DNA from: Lingula anatina | Taxonomy: Eukaryota; Animalia; Brachiopoda | Reading direction: 5' to 3' | NCBI GenBank assembly: GCA_051362555.1 | Contig: CM120642.1 | Location: 9,362,001-9,426,000 of the forward strand | Length of the DNA stretch: 64,000 bases | Part shown: in pieces, positions 45,622-60,620 of the stretch | Numbering within the stretch: position 1 is the stretch's first letter | Layout of the letters: every line of letters begins with the position of its first letter | Program-made: the position numbers and the translations under genes | Notes under the pieces: model-generated | Told to the model about the DNA's origin: nothing | Seen by the model: the letters and a program-made list of their open reading frames with translations, nothing else | The model's database searches: none

Positions 45622-48600
45622 TGCACTGCCTGCATGCCCCGCTGCAGGCTTAGTTATTGCCACAGTTTTAAGTGAATTTTAAGTAAAGGCACTTTGGTAC
45701 ATGTACGTATATGTATTAATTCTGATTAGTAAACTACTAACATATCAGTAGTTATTAAAATAGAATATTGTAGAGAAAGAGAGAGAGAAAGAAATGTTAA
45801 AGAGATTACATGAGATAGTTTTGTTTTGCATCACACGTTTCTTGCTTTTTTGTAATGCCTTTGTGACAAGTAATTTTCCTTGGGATTTGTTATAAATGTA
45901 ATTTTAAAAAGTTGGGACTTAAAAAATTAGTAAAAAAAAACTTTTCCGCCGTGTCATCTCTCTAAAGTTTGCTTATTGCACTCAATCACACCGTCATAAC
46001 AGGGGACACAGCAGTCGGCGATGAGAGACTTGCCGTCATGAGAGGGACCAAATGATAACATTTGATAATAATTTTTGCTGTTCTGTCAGATGTTCCCTCA
46101 TTCTGAAGAAATGTCATCATCTTTCCTCGGCGTTTTTATGTTGACTTTTCCCTCTCTCCTCTCAGTGCTTTTTATCTCCCGCTGCACTTACATGTGAGTC
46201 GCTAATGATATCTTCTTGATTTATGTCCGCGAACTCCCACCATGATTTTGAACGGTTTTTATCTCGAAACCATATACACAGATCTACAGCGAGGACGAAG
46301 TCACAAGGGAGGCAGGGTGGAAGGAGAGAGACGTTCCCATTTACAAGCAATTTGATCAAATCCCTTATTTTTTTGTATTACGATTAATGATATGGCTAGT
46401 GACACGCACTGTCACAGTCGCAGTCCTGCGTGCGTTACTAGGGACAATGTGACTCTCTCTTTGTGTCGCGCGTTTTAGCAGATTAGAGGGAAAACCCACT
46501 GGGATTCTACAAGGCGGCCGAGGCGCCACCGCTCCCTTGTTTTAGTAATTCCAATATATTTTTACTCAGACTTGCGTGGTTAAGTGCAGTAAATCAAGGG
46601 AAAGGCACTGCGTAAAAGTTATTCTCTATAAAATTGTTGTTTTGTTTTAATTCTGGCGGCCGTGCTTTTGGGTAATGTAGTTTGGCCTGAGAGAATTATA
46701 GTGTTGCGGCGGTGGGATTTTCTAATTGACGCTAATGCTCCATTTCTATGATGGAAAGGTTGATTTGTTTTGAAAATGTTTATTGTTTGAACTTCAAAAT
46801 AGCAGATTTGATTGCAGTCCTTACGGCTTGCAGTGTATTAGTATAGCAACCTAATTTGGCATTTTATACAATTGATAACCTTGGCTTTACCATATATTAT
46901 TATCTTGCTTCGAAATGATTTTGCAAAATATTTGATTTGATTGAAATCTTCACATGCTTTGGTTGTTAGGTGGGCATCAGAGTCAATAGTTACTGAAATA
47001 TATCAATTTGTGATTGAGAATTTTTTATAAATTTGTAATCACGGAGGGGGAATGAGAAATACGAAAATAAAGCAAATCAGCGAAACATAGCGGATTGGTT
47101 CTACTTTCGAAAATACTTACGTCATGGAAGCACTGGACAAACGAGCAAAAATCCTACACCAAAGAAAAGCTGTAAAGTAAGCTAAGAGACAATTTCATCT
47201 CTCTGGATATTTTATTTATCTCTGTCTTTATGACGTGCTTGCCTGTCTATCGTACATGTATAAACTCTATGATACTGCAGTAACACACACACATACCTTA
47301 CACACCCACACACGCGCGCACACACACGAACACCGTTGAAACAACATTTAAAATGAAATATTTTGCAAGTTCGCTAATTTCCAAAATGTGTATAGTCAAT
47401 GGGTGGCATGCCATAGAAAAACATTGTATCATAACACTATTTTAGCCACCATGTAAAAATGGCGACGACGGCAGCAAAAATAACAAAAATTCTCGTTGCC
47501 ATGTTTCGACAACTTAGACTAGTATACAGCTTGAACAGGCTGTGAATTCCCAATGTGGCCCTAGCCTAATTAACAACGCCTTAGCGTCTCTTCAGCCTGT
47601 TCCGGAACCGTAATTAGTAAGACTTGGGAGCTTTAGCGTTGCTGTAATTAACCGTAGAGGCATCCAAGCGGACAGCGAAAAGGCTTGGTCTTGACCTCCC
47701 TTTGCCTTGATCGACATCAAATCAACCATCGTTACAAACCGTAGGAAATCACAGATTCCAAAAATGATATTTTTTTCTTTGGGGACAATGTCCTAATCGG
47801 GGAACATGCGACTTCGTGATTGAACGTGTCTCCAGTGAGAGCGCGTTCGCGGTGCCTGTGGGCCGGTAGTGGATTAGATCGCTGTCTGGAGACACGTTGT
47901 TTGTGTGTTTGTCGGCTCGTAGTTTGGAGCCCACAGGCAGAGCAATGGTTCACAGAACTTGGTTTTGGTGTCACCCCTTTTGATCTCGGAACGCATTATG
48001 TTGTACCATGATATGTTGTGCACGTTGTGGCCGCCATTGATTTGAACCCGGTGTTGTCAATAGTTGACAGCGTACAGATTTTCACAGGGTGATTTTATTG
48101 AATGTTTGGAGTCAATCTTCGATGTGCATGTGGTCATTCTATTGTCATGAGACACACATTGCAGGCAAAGAGACTAGAAAACTTTATTGTTTAAATAGAA
48201 GTTTGCATTTACACAGGGAAGCTACCGTGAACATTCTCCTGAAAGAGGTTTCGATAATCCTTTCTTTTTATCTCTTTATCTTATTTAACAATCTACTTTG
48301 TCCCCTACTGTAAAATTTTCAGTGCATAATGGCCATGTATAATTATACCTTAAAGGCTTAGTGAGAGGCCATCACACTTAAGCCAAAAACTCAAAAACGC
48401 AGAACCATACAAGAGAAAGCTATCAGACTACCTAAGTTAAGCAAGTTAGATTCTGTTCGCATTTCCTTCCTTAACCTGCCTACGACCAAGTAAATTCACC
48501 GATCTCGTTTCAACAAGAGTGACTTACAAATGTTTTAAAATATCCATAGTTTTAACTCTATACATCGAGATCGAATATTCGCTGTATAAATGTAATTCAA

Positions 48601-51600
48601 CAGCCCATGGAAGTTCGGCCAAAATGCGTTTCACGATTTGCATAAATTTGGCACCGTTGGCCTGACCCTTGCCTCATTTCGGTAGGCAGCATATGAGCCA
48701 GAAAGGCATCATGTTTGCATTAAAACATTTTCTGTATGGCGTTGAGCAGTCAACCTGAATGTTCAAAATCCGCCCTCTAGTCTCGCACGAGCATTGACAC
48801 TGGTAGTCAGAGCGTGTTGCACTTCATTATGCCACAATTATTACTTTCTCTTGCAGATTGCCATTGTGCTATCTTCAGCTGAACATTGCGAGAACATCTG
48901 GCCACTAGTGCTGTTTGCATGTGTTTACTTTGGCTGCATACCATTAGCTTGATGCTTTGGCTTATCGGTACTGGTACTAAAATGCATTCACTTAACTTCT
49001 TTACTTTTCCTGACATTTTTATCTTTTTTTCTACTACTGGCAACTGCTCTGCTCTGTCCCCGCTGACCTAGATAATTCTATACCTGATTATACTACTTAT
49101 GCTTTTTATGTTTATTTAAGTCTATATTCCACGAAGAAATGCTATGGTTAGTACTGAGATGTTATTAATCCTGTGTTGTGAAATATTATGTTCGTCGGCA
49201 TCATAAAAAGCTGAGATGTGTCGCGTTAGCCAAAAACCAATACCAAAAACAATAAAACTTGGTGGAATTTCATGGCTGTAAACATGGACCAATGATGACT
49301 TAAATCTCACGACTTAAATCTTAAATCTCTTTTGATCTTGTGAATTTTTGTCTTCAAAAATGAATGTAATGTAAATAATGTAAATTAAAAATAAAAAAAC
49401 AATATGATGCAAAACCATGTTTTTTATCGAAAAAGCAGTACATAATTTCTGCAGCAGCAAACAGCACAGCGCATTTTTATCTTTATATCCAGTATATTCG
49501 CCAGCTTGGCTACATACTCGCGTGGCCCAATATCACTGCCATTGTCCACGCCGTCTGTCCGACTCCCAAAATCTATACTTTATCTGGCTCAGTCAAAAGA
49601 CCAGGCTGATTTATCTGGTTGACATAGCCCGTCTGTGGAGTAGCATTATTGCGTAGATTTGTTCCTCTGCGTTAACTTAATCGATCTCTCAATCAGTACA
49701 CCTGCCACTTCGATCAATAATCTATCAATAATTAAACAGGCAATTAAGGGTTCGAAAACAGGGGTTTATGCACCACATGTTTGTGTTCCAAGTTTGGCTT
49801 GTTCAGCAGATTGTTCATGGGTTGTTTTGATTCAATTTATGGGAAATCATTTTTCGTTTTTGTTTGGAGTCGAATGTTTAGATACCGTAAGCCGTTTGTT
49901 AGGGGAATTGCCAATAAGTTATGTGCACCGTAGTTTTCTCTCTGTTGATCACGGATTGGTATATAATGATCTTAAATGTTACTGTTGGCACTTGGTCAAG
50001 GAATAATGATGAAGTCTTCTGAAGCTCTGCTGGCTCTCATTAGTTAATTTTCTCTGTTTTCTCTTACTGTTCCCAGCTGTGTGTATACAATTCAGTATCT
50101 TTTATGCATTGAACACCTGTTTGATTGTGCATTGACAAAAAAATGAACAATTGCAATGAAATATTGACGTCATTAATTTTATGGTCTGCGTGTTATAGTA
50201 GAACATTTTGTTCCAAAACTGTGTATTTTGTTAAATCTTTTCAAAGTTCACAGTCATAGCCGTCAAATCAAACGAAAACGATTTTTTTATGAAACAAAGT
50301 TCATTTAATGCGTCTTTTTTCTTTGCCCTGCGTTTGTCAGCAACAATAGGACATTGCCCTGAGCTATAGATTTATACATATTACGCAAACAATGCTTTTT
50401 CTTGTTTCGCACAGCTTTCGCCATCAGTGGAAACGAAAAGATATAAGATAACAATGTAATGTTTTTGTTTTCAGATTCGAAAAATCTCTTCTCAACAATT
50501 TCTCGTGTTATGTGAGTACGGATGCGCCCGACAAAATACCATAGATAAAAGGAAATCTACTAATTCATTTATTTTACTTAGTTATTGCTTATTCAGAAAT
50601 TTATTTTGGCATTCCTTACTTTCACTCACGTATGTAAAATGCAAATCAAGATGTACGTCACAAAAACTATGGTGACGCATCTCCGAATTGATTAAATCGG
50701 GGTCCGCGTTGGTCAATTGGACCTCCACCCTTGGTTACCACAGGTGCTCTCCTTTTTTTTCTATTATCAACAAAAAGACGCATTGGACACACCTGTTAGA
50801 CCCACGTGCCAATGACCAAATATCGGCACGCGCACTCCTTTTCCCTCTACTCCGCACCCCTCATTAATTTCCCTCACCTGCTACGAACTGGGAGACATGA
50901 GGCTATTCATGGTCTGATTTATTTCATATGAATGGTTTTATTGAAATGCCACCAGTCGTATACAGACAAAAATCACAAGGTTTGTTTTGCTGGGCCTCTT
51001 GTGGGTTAAAGAGCGAATCGAAGTCCAATCGATTGGCATCAAATATTCATAATCACACTTGCTATAGGATACTGACTGCTTGAAAGGTGATTCAATTTGG
51101 CAACGTTGTTTATGCATCTTTAAGGGGTTTTTTTATTACTTTTTTCTTTATTTTGTTTTAAATAGCTTGTCAAACAAATAGATGTAACTAAGTGATGTAA
51201 CTAGTATATTTCAAATATTATATTTAATTTCACGTACAATTGTCCCAGAGCGTTGACAATAAAACAGCGTGTTAAGACCGATCACACGTTTGTGTTATTC
51301 ATAAGGAAAAAGTATATGACATGGTGTTTTGTTGTTAAGCCACAGAAATACAAACTGTAACCAATGTTAGTTTAGTTTACCCGTAATGCCACATTGGCAA
51401 TACCAGCAAAAGTGACAAAACTGACCAAACCCCAGAGCAAAAACAAAGTTATGAAAAACACAAAGAAAATTATATTTGGAAAAAAGTATTCATTAAAACT
51501 CTTAAAATGGTTTACCGTTGGATTTTAATAAGCAATAGTGATGATGATGTTGATATATATAACAATAACAGCAAAAAGCATCTACAATATGTTCTGGCTA

Positions 51601-53495
51601 TTTTGCCGTCGCCGGCCCTGTATATAATACTGCATAGATACCAAAAGTGTCTCATACTCCGCAGTGCTAAGCGATACAAAAATCCCATCCTAATGAGCAT
51701 CTCATCCAAAGCTTGCATAAATCACATCTATAAAATGTATAAACGTTACGTTGCTTTCAATATTAAGGCTTTTAAGGAGACAGACTTGTTTAATCTTATA
51801 GCTAATTTTTTTGTGCCTCAGCTCCATTGAAGTTGCTACAAGAAGATAACAACAACATAACTATATTAGAGCACCGTGCATCGACGTTTTATGTTTGGAA
51901 GTTTAGGTAATCAGAATGTACCATGTTTACTGATGTCTAATAAGACATTAGTCTTGAAATCGGGACTAAAAATATAATGCCCCTCAAAAAAGAGTTACAA
52001 ATATGAAGCCGCCCGAAGGTAGTTGTCAAGCAAGCATAATGTCATCTTGTGATTAAAAGTTGTTTACCAAGCTTTACTATCGAAATTTCCTAAAAGCCTT
52101 GATCCCAGGTCACTGCTTGAATATCGGTGATCAATAAAAACAATCAATTCCACACACAACCAATGTTAAGCGCTAAGCAAACCCGATACCATAACAGAAG
52201 ACACCACAATTTTCTTAGCCCCACATAGAGAGGGGGACGCACACGTCATTGGCGGCTCTACTGTTTTAGCACAAATGGTTCTATACAATCGACAGTCCCT
52301 TGTTGTGGAAAATGTAAACTCGGTGCCATGCAGTATCACTGATGGTAAACTATATTCGTCTTGAAAACGATTTCGTCTTACCTCAACAAGACATGTCCAT
52401 TATCAAAACCATTTATACATAAATATATTACATATTGCACACATTGTCCGCATTTTCAATTGAAATAAATCAATTGCCAAAAAGTAATACATCATTCTAA
52501 CAAAGCACACAGCATGTGTAATACTATATGTTATATTACTATATTACCGTGTCAAAAAATTGGCATTCAAAGTATATTTACAAGATAAAATTCAAAAACA
52601 CTTCAACGAACATTCCTACAAAAACAGAGTTACAACAAATGACTGCTATATATTTCTTCCCGCAGCCAATACTATATATATTTACAGTGAACTTGACGTC
52701 CCGATAATGTATAGTTTAAACTTTGAAAAAGTCATAACACATGTACATTAATTAAAATCTTAGATATCAATACTTTTAAAAGCTATATATAAAAGTTGCG
52801 TTTATACAGTCACAGACTGTAATGTCAAGAATTGCATATTCCAGAGACGCCAAAGCTGCAGTGTTGTCCGCGCGTTGTCAAAGAGTATTTAGTATGTATT
52901 ACGGAAGTACTGGTTCGAAATGATACAGCAGTTTTCTTCTTTTTTTCGGAAGAATAATGGTAATTCGAATAGCATATACTGCCTTTTGTCTATTTTCTAT
53001 AATATCACACACGAAACCTAACTTCTTTTTAAATTAACCTTCTGATGTTTTCAATAATTAGTTTGTCTGGTTTAATCATAATTGCTGCCTTATCCCAAAA
53101 CTGAGATACCTGAGGTTAGAGATGGATCTTCTTTTTATTTTTCACAGCGACCACAAGTAATTATGATAAATAATGATATCATATTCATACATACATACAT
53201 AGTAAGTTAAATAAAAAAATCCAATAAATTAGCATATAGGCATAATATGCTCCGTAGACTAATAAAAGAGTGGAATTTCCAGCTGGATTTCTTTTTGTCA
53301 CATCTTCACAAAACGCTCGGTGATCGTACCCTTGCGGAATGACTTGGATTTCACTAGGCACCGTATGGTTCAAGTTAATGAATGTCAATGCGATTTTGCA
53401 TTCAGATGTCTGGAGAACAGCATTACAATCAAACAGTTCTCAGTGGCAGCGAGCACCGAAACTTTGTAGCCTCATTCCCATCAAGGGTTGCCGAC

Positions 53496-56381
53496 CTACT
53501 CTACTCTCTGCATAGGAGAAATTTGTAACGGTTGAGAGGCTGCCTGGCGGAGAAGGGGCGAGGCTTGCCTGACAGGCGGATGAGTGTGTGCGTGGGTCGT
53601 CGCGGCAGCCAAATTGACCGCGTTCAACGCAGCGGCGGCGTCCATTGTGTGCTGCGTCTCCATGTGGCGTCGAAGGTCAACTTTTCTCTGGAAAGCCCGT
53701 CCGCATGTGTTGCAGGAGAAAGGTTTGAATCCAGTGTGTTTGCGACTGTGGGTTATCAGGTTTGAACTTTGACTGAAGGCTTTCCCGCACTGCATGCATT
53801 TGTGGGGCTTCTCGCCTGAAAAAAAAAAGTTGTATAACTGTTGTAATTGCAGTTTGCATCACATCTCCATCACCATTGTTGGGAAATAAATACAACTTAA
53901 GAAAAAAGATTTGAGCTCTCAAGAAATGAACATCAAGGGTTTTCTTTTATAAAATCAGTGTCGTCGTTGACAGATGAAACACTCTTGCTATGATGTCATC
54001 GTAAACCACGTGATCCTCACCCTGAGGACTTGTACACGCACTTCCAACTTCTTTTCACTCAATTATATCAGGCACCAGCGGGTCCCCTCCGACATGAGAC
54101 TTAATTTATTTTGTATTATTCTCGATCATCTCATTACAAAAAGCACACTTTTACACTCGAACCAGGCATGATCGACCATTAGGAGCAATTAGCCGACTCT
54201 CTATAGGTTGATTGTGTTACTAGTTATCCCAGTGATTATTTAGCACGTACGCCGCCGCGTGTGTAGACGAACGCTGCACAGCGGAAGCTTTAATGGCCTT
54301 ATTAATCCGAGCATCAAGTCCTTTAACTCCACTCGAATGAACGGCGGTTAATTCCCTTTATTTCAATAAGTATCTCCTAGCTAATTCTAGTATTGGTCCA
54401 TTACATTACGACTTAGAGCATTCTATGGAAAATCGATGAGTAGCGATGGGATGTGAAGTCACAGTATTAAGTGGGAAGGCGTTGTTTGCTAAGAAGTGAG
54501 ACATCTTCAACCGAGGAAGTGGTTTATGACAAGAGGAAGTATCTTTTTAAGAGTAGGAAGGAAGGAAGGAAGGATTTTCCGTGCTGATTTTCCTTCTGTA
54601 AATGGTTTCCTACGTCATCCTAAAAACATTCCTCAAGAAGTTATAGCTCATTTTAAGTACTTTAGTAAGGCGCTATTTAAGCCTATCAGTTTGTGAATAC
54701 CGCTTTCAAAGCCTGACTTTGATTTGCATTTGGTCCATTGAATCATTTGACTTGTTACGCAGTGCCTAAATATGTGTCTGTTTATCTTGTCTCGGTCATT
54801 TAACTTTCAACTTCAGATCATTGATTCCAATTTCATTTTTGTGATATTTACATGTACCCATTCAGAGTAAGTCCTGTTCGGCGTTGACATTCTCAAATCT
54901 GTGTGCCAAATGGCATACAGACAGAGAGAATGATGACAGATAGTGATGGTAAAACAAATGTCAGTGCATCACTGTCTCTTATTATTAATTATGTATATTC
55001 TTAGCAAGCTGCAAATAAGCATATCAACTTCAAAGAGAGAAAGCGGCACATGTGTATGGAAAGCTAGTTTGTGCCACAAATTACGTTTTATGCAAATAAG
55101 TTTATAAAACAACATCTTTGTGAATGACAATTGTGTTTTAATATTATAAAGCATGCATTAAAGCATACATGTTAATTCGTGTTGATTGCAAAAATATTAT
55201 TCTTTATCACATATGCACTCACACAGTCCAATTTTTTTTTTTTTACTGAAAGATAGCAGTGGCCATTGACCTTAATTTATTATAATCATATTCAGGGCAC
55301 AATGATAAAAACAGCAGATCCAAAAATGACGTCAAAAAGTTCCACCGGATTATATTGGTCCACGTTCACTGGACCAGCTGGAAACGGGAGTCGAACAGAA
55401 AGGCATGAACATATAACGAAGAAGGGAGAATCGATCTGTTGAAATTTTGGTCTCTGCGGTACGCACGCTTCTCTTCTGTGTTGTCTGCGCTACAACTGCG
55501 GTATGTGTTAAGTTAGAGCAGTGGCCTGTCCGGAGAGACTGCAAGACGTGTTAATCATATTCATCCCAGAAATCAGATTGCGGGTACATGGTAACTCTGG
55601 GTGTCAAAATCGAGTTCGAATAAAGGCCTCTAGACTCTGTACTTTCACGGGGTGGGTCCTAGGGAGCGTGGTTGATGGTTTTTAAGTGTACGGAATTATT
55701 GCGTTTACGCCCGAGACACCAGATCTGTTCACTATCAGAAAAGAGCGGCCCACAAGTCGAGGTGAGCGTATTCGCTCCGGTTCTCAAAAAGGTGGCAATA
55801 GAGACCCGCCGTTCCCAGCGTGTTGCGGTGCTACACATAGCCCCCATGGTTTTTGTGTGAGATGGATTTAGAAACGACTATGTTCTGTTTTGTAATACGT
55901 GTCAGCGATCGTGCACCCAGGGGCTTTAACAGCGTGCTTTGGTTTCACTAAGATAAGACAATGCCTCCTGTAATTAGCAAACTTGTGCCACTTGGGGGAC
56001 ACAGTAACGGGCCTTTATTGCGGAGCCAAACACCTCCATCGACATCCAAGCAATCAAAGCCAATTCTAAGTGATTTTAGATCAACGTTCATATTGCTAGG
56101 AATGAAATTATATGGCCATTCTTCCCCTTGCTTCGGAGTTAATGTGTCGGTTAACACATGCGGCAGACCTTCTGCATCCATCCTGAAATGACTATTTAGG
56201 TTTGAAAGGTGATAAAAATGACTGCGTATATGTATACATGTACAATTCTCATTCTAAAAATGTTCGCTGCCCCTGAGATGTGATGTTGCTTCAATGGACC
56301 ACAGCAAGGGAAGTTTTGCCAAAAGGAGATTTTATATTCAACTACTTTCCATAAATGCCATGTGTGTGTGCGTGCACACAC

Positions 56382-56454
<73 letters not shown>

Positions 56455-59400
56455 TCTTAGGTCAACATTTTGAGTGATGAAATGATGAACTGATATTTGT
56501 TTTAACCTTTTTGTTTTTATAGCGATGGGATCTAATGGTCGCTTAAAATATCCCTTTCACTTGCTAGTTTTTCCTGAATAGTTCTCGTTTTATACCTTAT
56601 ATCTACAACTTAACAATTTATTTTTTCATTGCACGACACGCTCTATTTGCACAATCAGTACCTCTTCTATCACTACTACTACAACTTTTTCCACGGCATT
56701 CCATGCACTGCCAGAAAGATAAACCACGTAATTATGAATTAATGAACAAGAAGAAATTATCATTATATTAATTATAAACGAAGTACACACGCGTGGAGTG
56801 TTGGCGTGAATTGACAAAAATAATACATCAAAGCCGATAAAACGAAACGAAAAACGTAGATTACATCAAATTATCATAGTAATTTTTGTTAATTGGTGTT
56901 ATAATGAACCCAATTCAAGTGTGAATACGGCAGCGTTTCTTAACGTTTGACTCAGAAACTGCAGAACAGATTGCCCGAGCAATTTTGTAAATTTGTAACT
57001 AACATACTTAACGTTCTCTATTTGCATACAGTTGTTATTTGCCAAATAAGGGAAGAACATCAAATATTTAAAAAAATTCAAGAAATAAATCAAAATTTAA
57101 AAAAATGCACTCCTTACCCGTGTGAATATAAGTGTGTTTCTTCATGTCGGACTTCTGATGGAATCGTTTACCGCAGTACTGGCAAGGGTAGGGCCGGGTA
57201 TCACTGTGTATGAGAAGATGGGTGGAGAGAGTTGACGACCTCTTAAATGTCTTCCCACATTGTTTACACTGGAATGTCTTCTCCTGGGTGTGCACTGCCC
57301 TATGCTGGGTCAGACTGACCGCATGGCCGAACGTCTTGTTGCAGATATCACACGCGTACGGGCGCTTCCCGCTGTGGGATCGCCTCACGTGCACCTCAAG
57401 CCCGTGTGGTGTGCTGAACAGTTTCTTGCACTTGACGCATTCGTAGGAGCCGGACGCGTTCTCGCCATAGACGCCGTCGTCGCTGAGAAGGGCGCCGTGC
57501 TCGCCGCCACCGCTGCAGGGTAAAATTGATGCCGGGCTAGTCAGGTGCTTTCCCCCTGCGCCCTCAGCAGACGGTTTTAAAAGCTGGGAGGTATTCCATA
57601 GGTAGTGTTGGTCAAGTGCCCGCAGTGCTGTTTTGAAGGCAGGGCTGGCAAAGTAGGTTCTGTATATATCAGTGTAGCTGAATTTCCCCTCGGATTCCTT
57701 CATAAGAGTTCGCAGTTGGTCCGCTGAAAAAAGTATTGTTTGAAATATTTATAATAATAATTTTGGTTTTTATTGGAATACTTAATATACATTGTCGAGA
57801 TAAATTAAATATAACATGTATTAATGTTGTAATGTTCATGGTGTTCATACTGTTTACGGTTGGACTCGCTCACTTGGCCAGCTGAGAACAAATTTGAGAT
57901 CTAATTACTTGTCAGCTGAATTACTATCAATATTCATTTACACTTTTAATAAAGGTACTCAACCTGCGATAAAGAAACAAGTACATTTTTTTTCTAATTT
58001 TGCTGCGGCTCGTTAAAAAAACAGGAACTTTCTCATTCTTTTGTACGGATCCATGTAATTTATCCACTGTATAAAACGATCGTTTCTTTTGTTTGGAACA
58101 GGACACCATTATTTTGAATTACACGAATCTTCATTATCCAAAAGCAAAATCTGCTAGAACAGGCAATCCTAAGATGTTGGGTTTTTTAATCAGATCACGC
58201 TCATAGCGATAAAGAACAGATACTGATAATTAATATTAAGATTAATGAACTGTACTTTTCCAGTGACATTGTTTAGTGATGGATTCTTTTATTTCATCTT
58301 ACTCGTGAACTGAGGAGAATATAGATAAGTGATGGTTATATTTTAACCTTACAATACTGTAAAGACAAGTCATCCAGGCGTTTTTTATTTGAATAATTTG
58401 TAATCTTGTTCATAAGTACGTGTGTCTGTCTATCAAGAAATTATTTACAAACTTTGTTTATACACCTAACATTCTTATATAGGAAAAAATATAACATCGC
58501 ACTAATTAAATGAATTTAGAAAATTGAAGGTCCCCTTCTTGAGTTTTGAATGGCTTCATTACAACTACTTTTAGAATATAGCTTGAATAGTAAGTTAGTC
58601 TCATATTTAAGCAATGCGTTATTTTTCTGTTGAAGGAGTCACTGGTGAACGCACGGAAATGAGGGTTTCATTTAGACGTCTTGCAGTCCCACAAGTACTT
58701 TAGCTTCCCTAATGGAATCGTCATTAATGAAATAAATGTAGTTAGTAGTGGACTATCGTAAAGTTGGTCAGCCAAGATAGGTAAATGGGGACTTATATGT
58801 TAATTACAAGCATACACTTGATCGATAGGGGCTTCGAAGAAGAAAGACAGCTTGGCCTCAGTTTTTATGTTTCAAAAGATGCGAGAATCACACTCATAAT
58901 AAGAAGCAAGAGAACAAGATTCCGTAATATTTTAATGACAATTATTAACAAATTAGCTTACAACTGCATGAAAATATATAGGATTTCTTTTTCTAATGGC
59001 TATTGAATAATAAGAAGAAATAACGAGTCCAAAAACGAGCGCCTACAGGTAGATATCAATTGAAGGTGTGACTTGATGCAAAACCTCCAAGCGCTTGCAA
59101 CGTTGTGAATTGGGACCTTCACAAATATACGATCGTCACGCGAAAAGGTAATTTCTTTATCCAGAGGCGCTCAAATCGTTCATTCATAACTTTCTTCGTT
59201 CACCCCACGGGGGCAGAAAACATAACCCACGAGATCGTCAAGGCCTGAGAAAAAATAAGCACGTGTTCTTCGGAAGACGTATGGCAAGATACAATTGTTT
59301 TTGAAATAGATTTCTGCCCATCCGCTTTGAAGATCGACGCGTACATAGTTCTCGGTACACACACAGGATAACTCTCTTTCTCGCTCTGTCTCTGTCTCTC

Positions 59401-60620
59401 GGAAGCTTGAACATAATTCCATCCCAAGGGACGAATAAAAAACTAATTCCTCAGCCTGAAGAAATCAGAGCTTAGATGACCCCAAATGTCGCAGTGTGAT
59501 TAGAAATAGAAAGCACAATACGTCGATCTGTTCGTCGCTTCAATCAGTGATCAAGCGAAAATTGTCTTTTATATATGTAATGTGTCAACTGTCAGCCATA
59601 ACGACACCCGAGGGAGCACATAACGACAACCGACTTGCGGCGACAAGATTGTCGTTGACAGTTTGAAAGGAGCAATGATTGTATTGGGTTAGTGCTTATC
59701 CATCATGTAAGACATATTGAAATAAGAGCCCCATTTCATATCAATAATGTAAGAATTGCACGTCGCACCGATGTCAGTAATTGATACGCGCACTTAAGAA
59801 AATATATGGGATGGTAAAAGAGCCACGGTGAAAATCCGTCAAGAGCACAGGAGACAAATTACAGTGTTGTCCGTCAAAAATATCTGATCCGAGGAACCGG
59901 CGGCGTGAGAAACACTGGTGTAATGGACTCGCAGGCGTACTTCTCTTTGTTAGAGTAAAAATTGGAAGACTCTCGGCTAGTCACGAGAGTGAGAGAAATA
60001 GAAATGATGGAGTACTTGGTGGCAGTGAATTCATGGTAACTCACGCACTTGTGCGTGTGTGTGAAAGAGATTAGAATTAGAATTCAATTATGTATTTTTT
60101 TCTTACAAATTATGACATAGTACACACTCATACACAATTCGGTAACGAATCTGTTAAGTGATACATTCTTTCTTGGGGTAAAAGCAATCCATCATGTCGG
60201 TCACTTGTGTAAAAGTTACTACAGAATCTACAACCGTTCGTTACGTTGTTCACAAAGGTAGGCACAATTAACTGCGGGAATTCAACCAGAACCTGGGTTG
60301 GTCTTTCTTTTTACTATTTTTCTAAAAAAAAAAATAATAATAAACATAAAAAGATAATACAAAAACAGTATTATTAAAACGAGTATTTTGGCCTAATATC
60401 TGTCATTACTTACCATTGGGGGCAACAGCAGCTAGGTGAGAATAAATGTAATCTTCGGCTGACCATGGAAGATAGAAGGGTTTCAAGGTGAAACTTCCCT
60501 CGAACGCGGCGGGCGGAGACGTCCTGAAGGTCGGATACGGGCTAATGGGGGGAGACATCGGACTGGTTGAACCGCCACTACTATTGGGACTGGAGCCACC
60601 GACTCGGATGTCGCTTATAT
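53496..60620 (-). CDS. GFI1: GFI1/GFI1B/Senseless-family C2H2 zinc-finger transcription factor (six fingers); N-terminal exon uncertain
   Basis: Exons 60620-60414, 57723-57118, 53815-53496, with phase-1 introns and an open frame. Fingers [81 protein letters not shown] and [16 protein letters not shown] are diagnostic of the Gfi family. Confidence 0.96.
56361..56452. repeat. Compound (TG)n/(CA)n/(GA)n microsatellite in a Gfi intron
   Basis: Seen directly. Confidence 0.95.
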
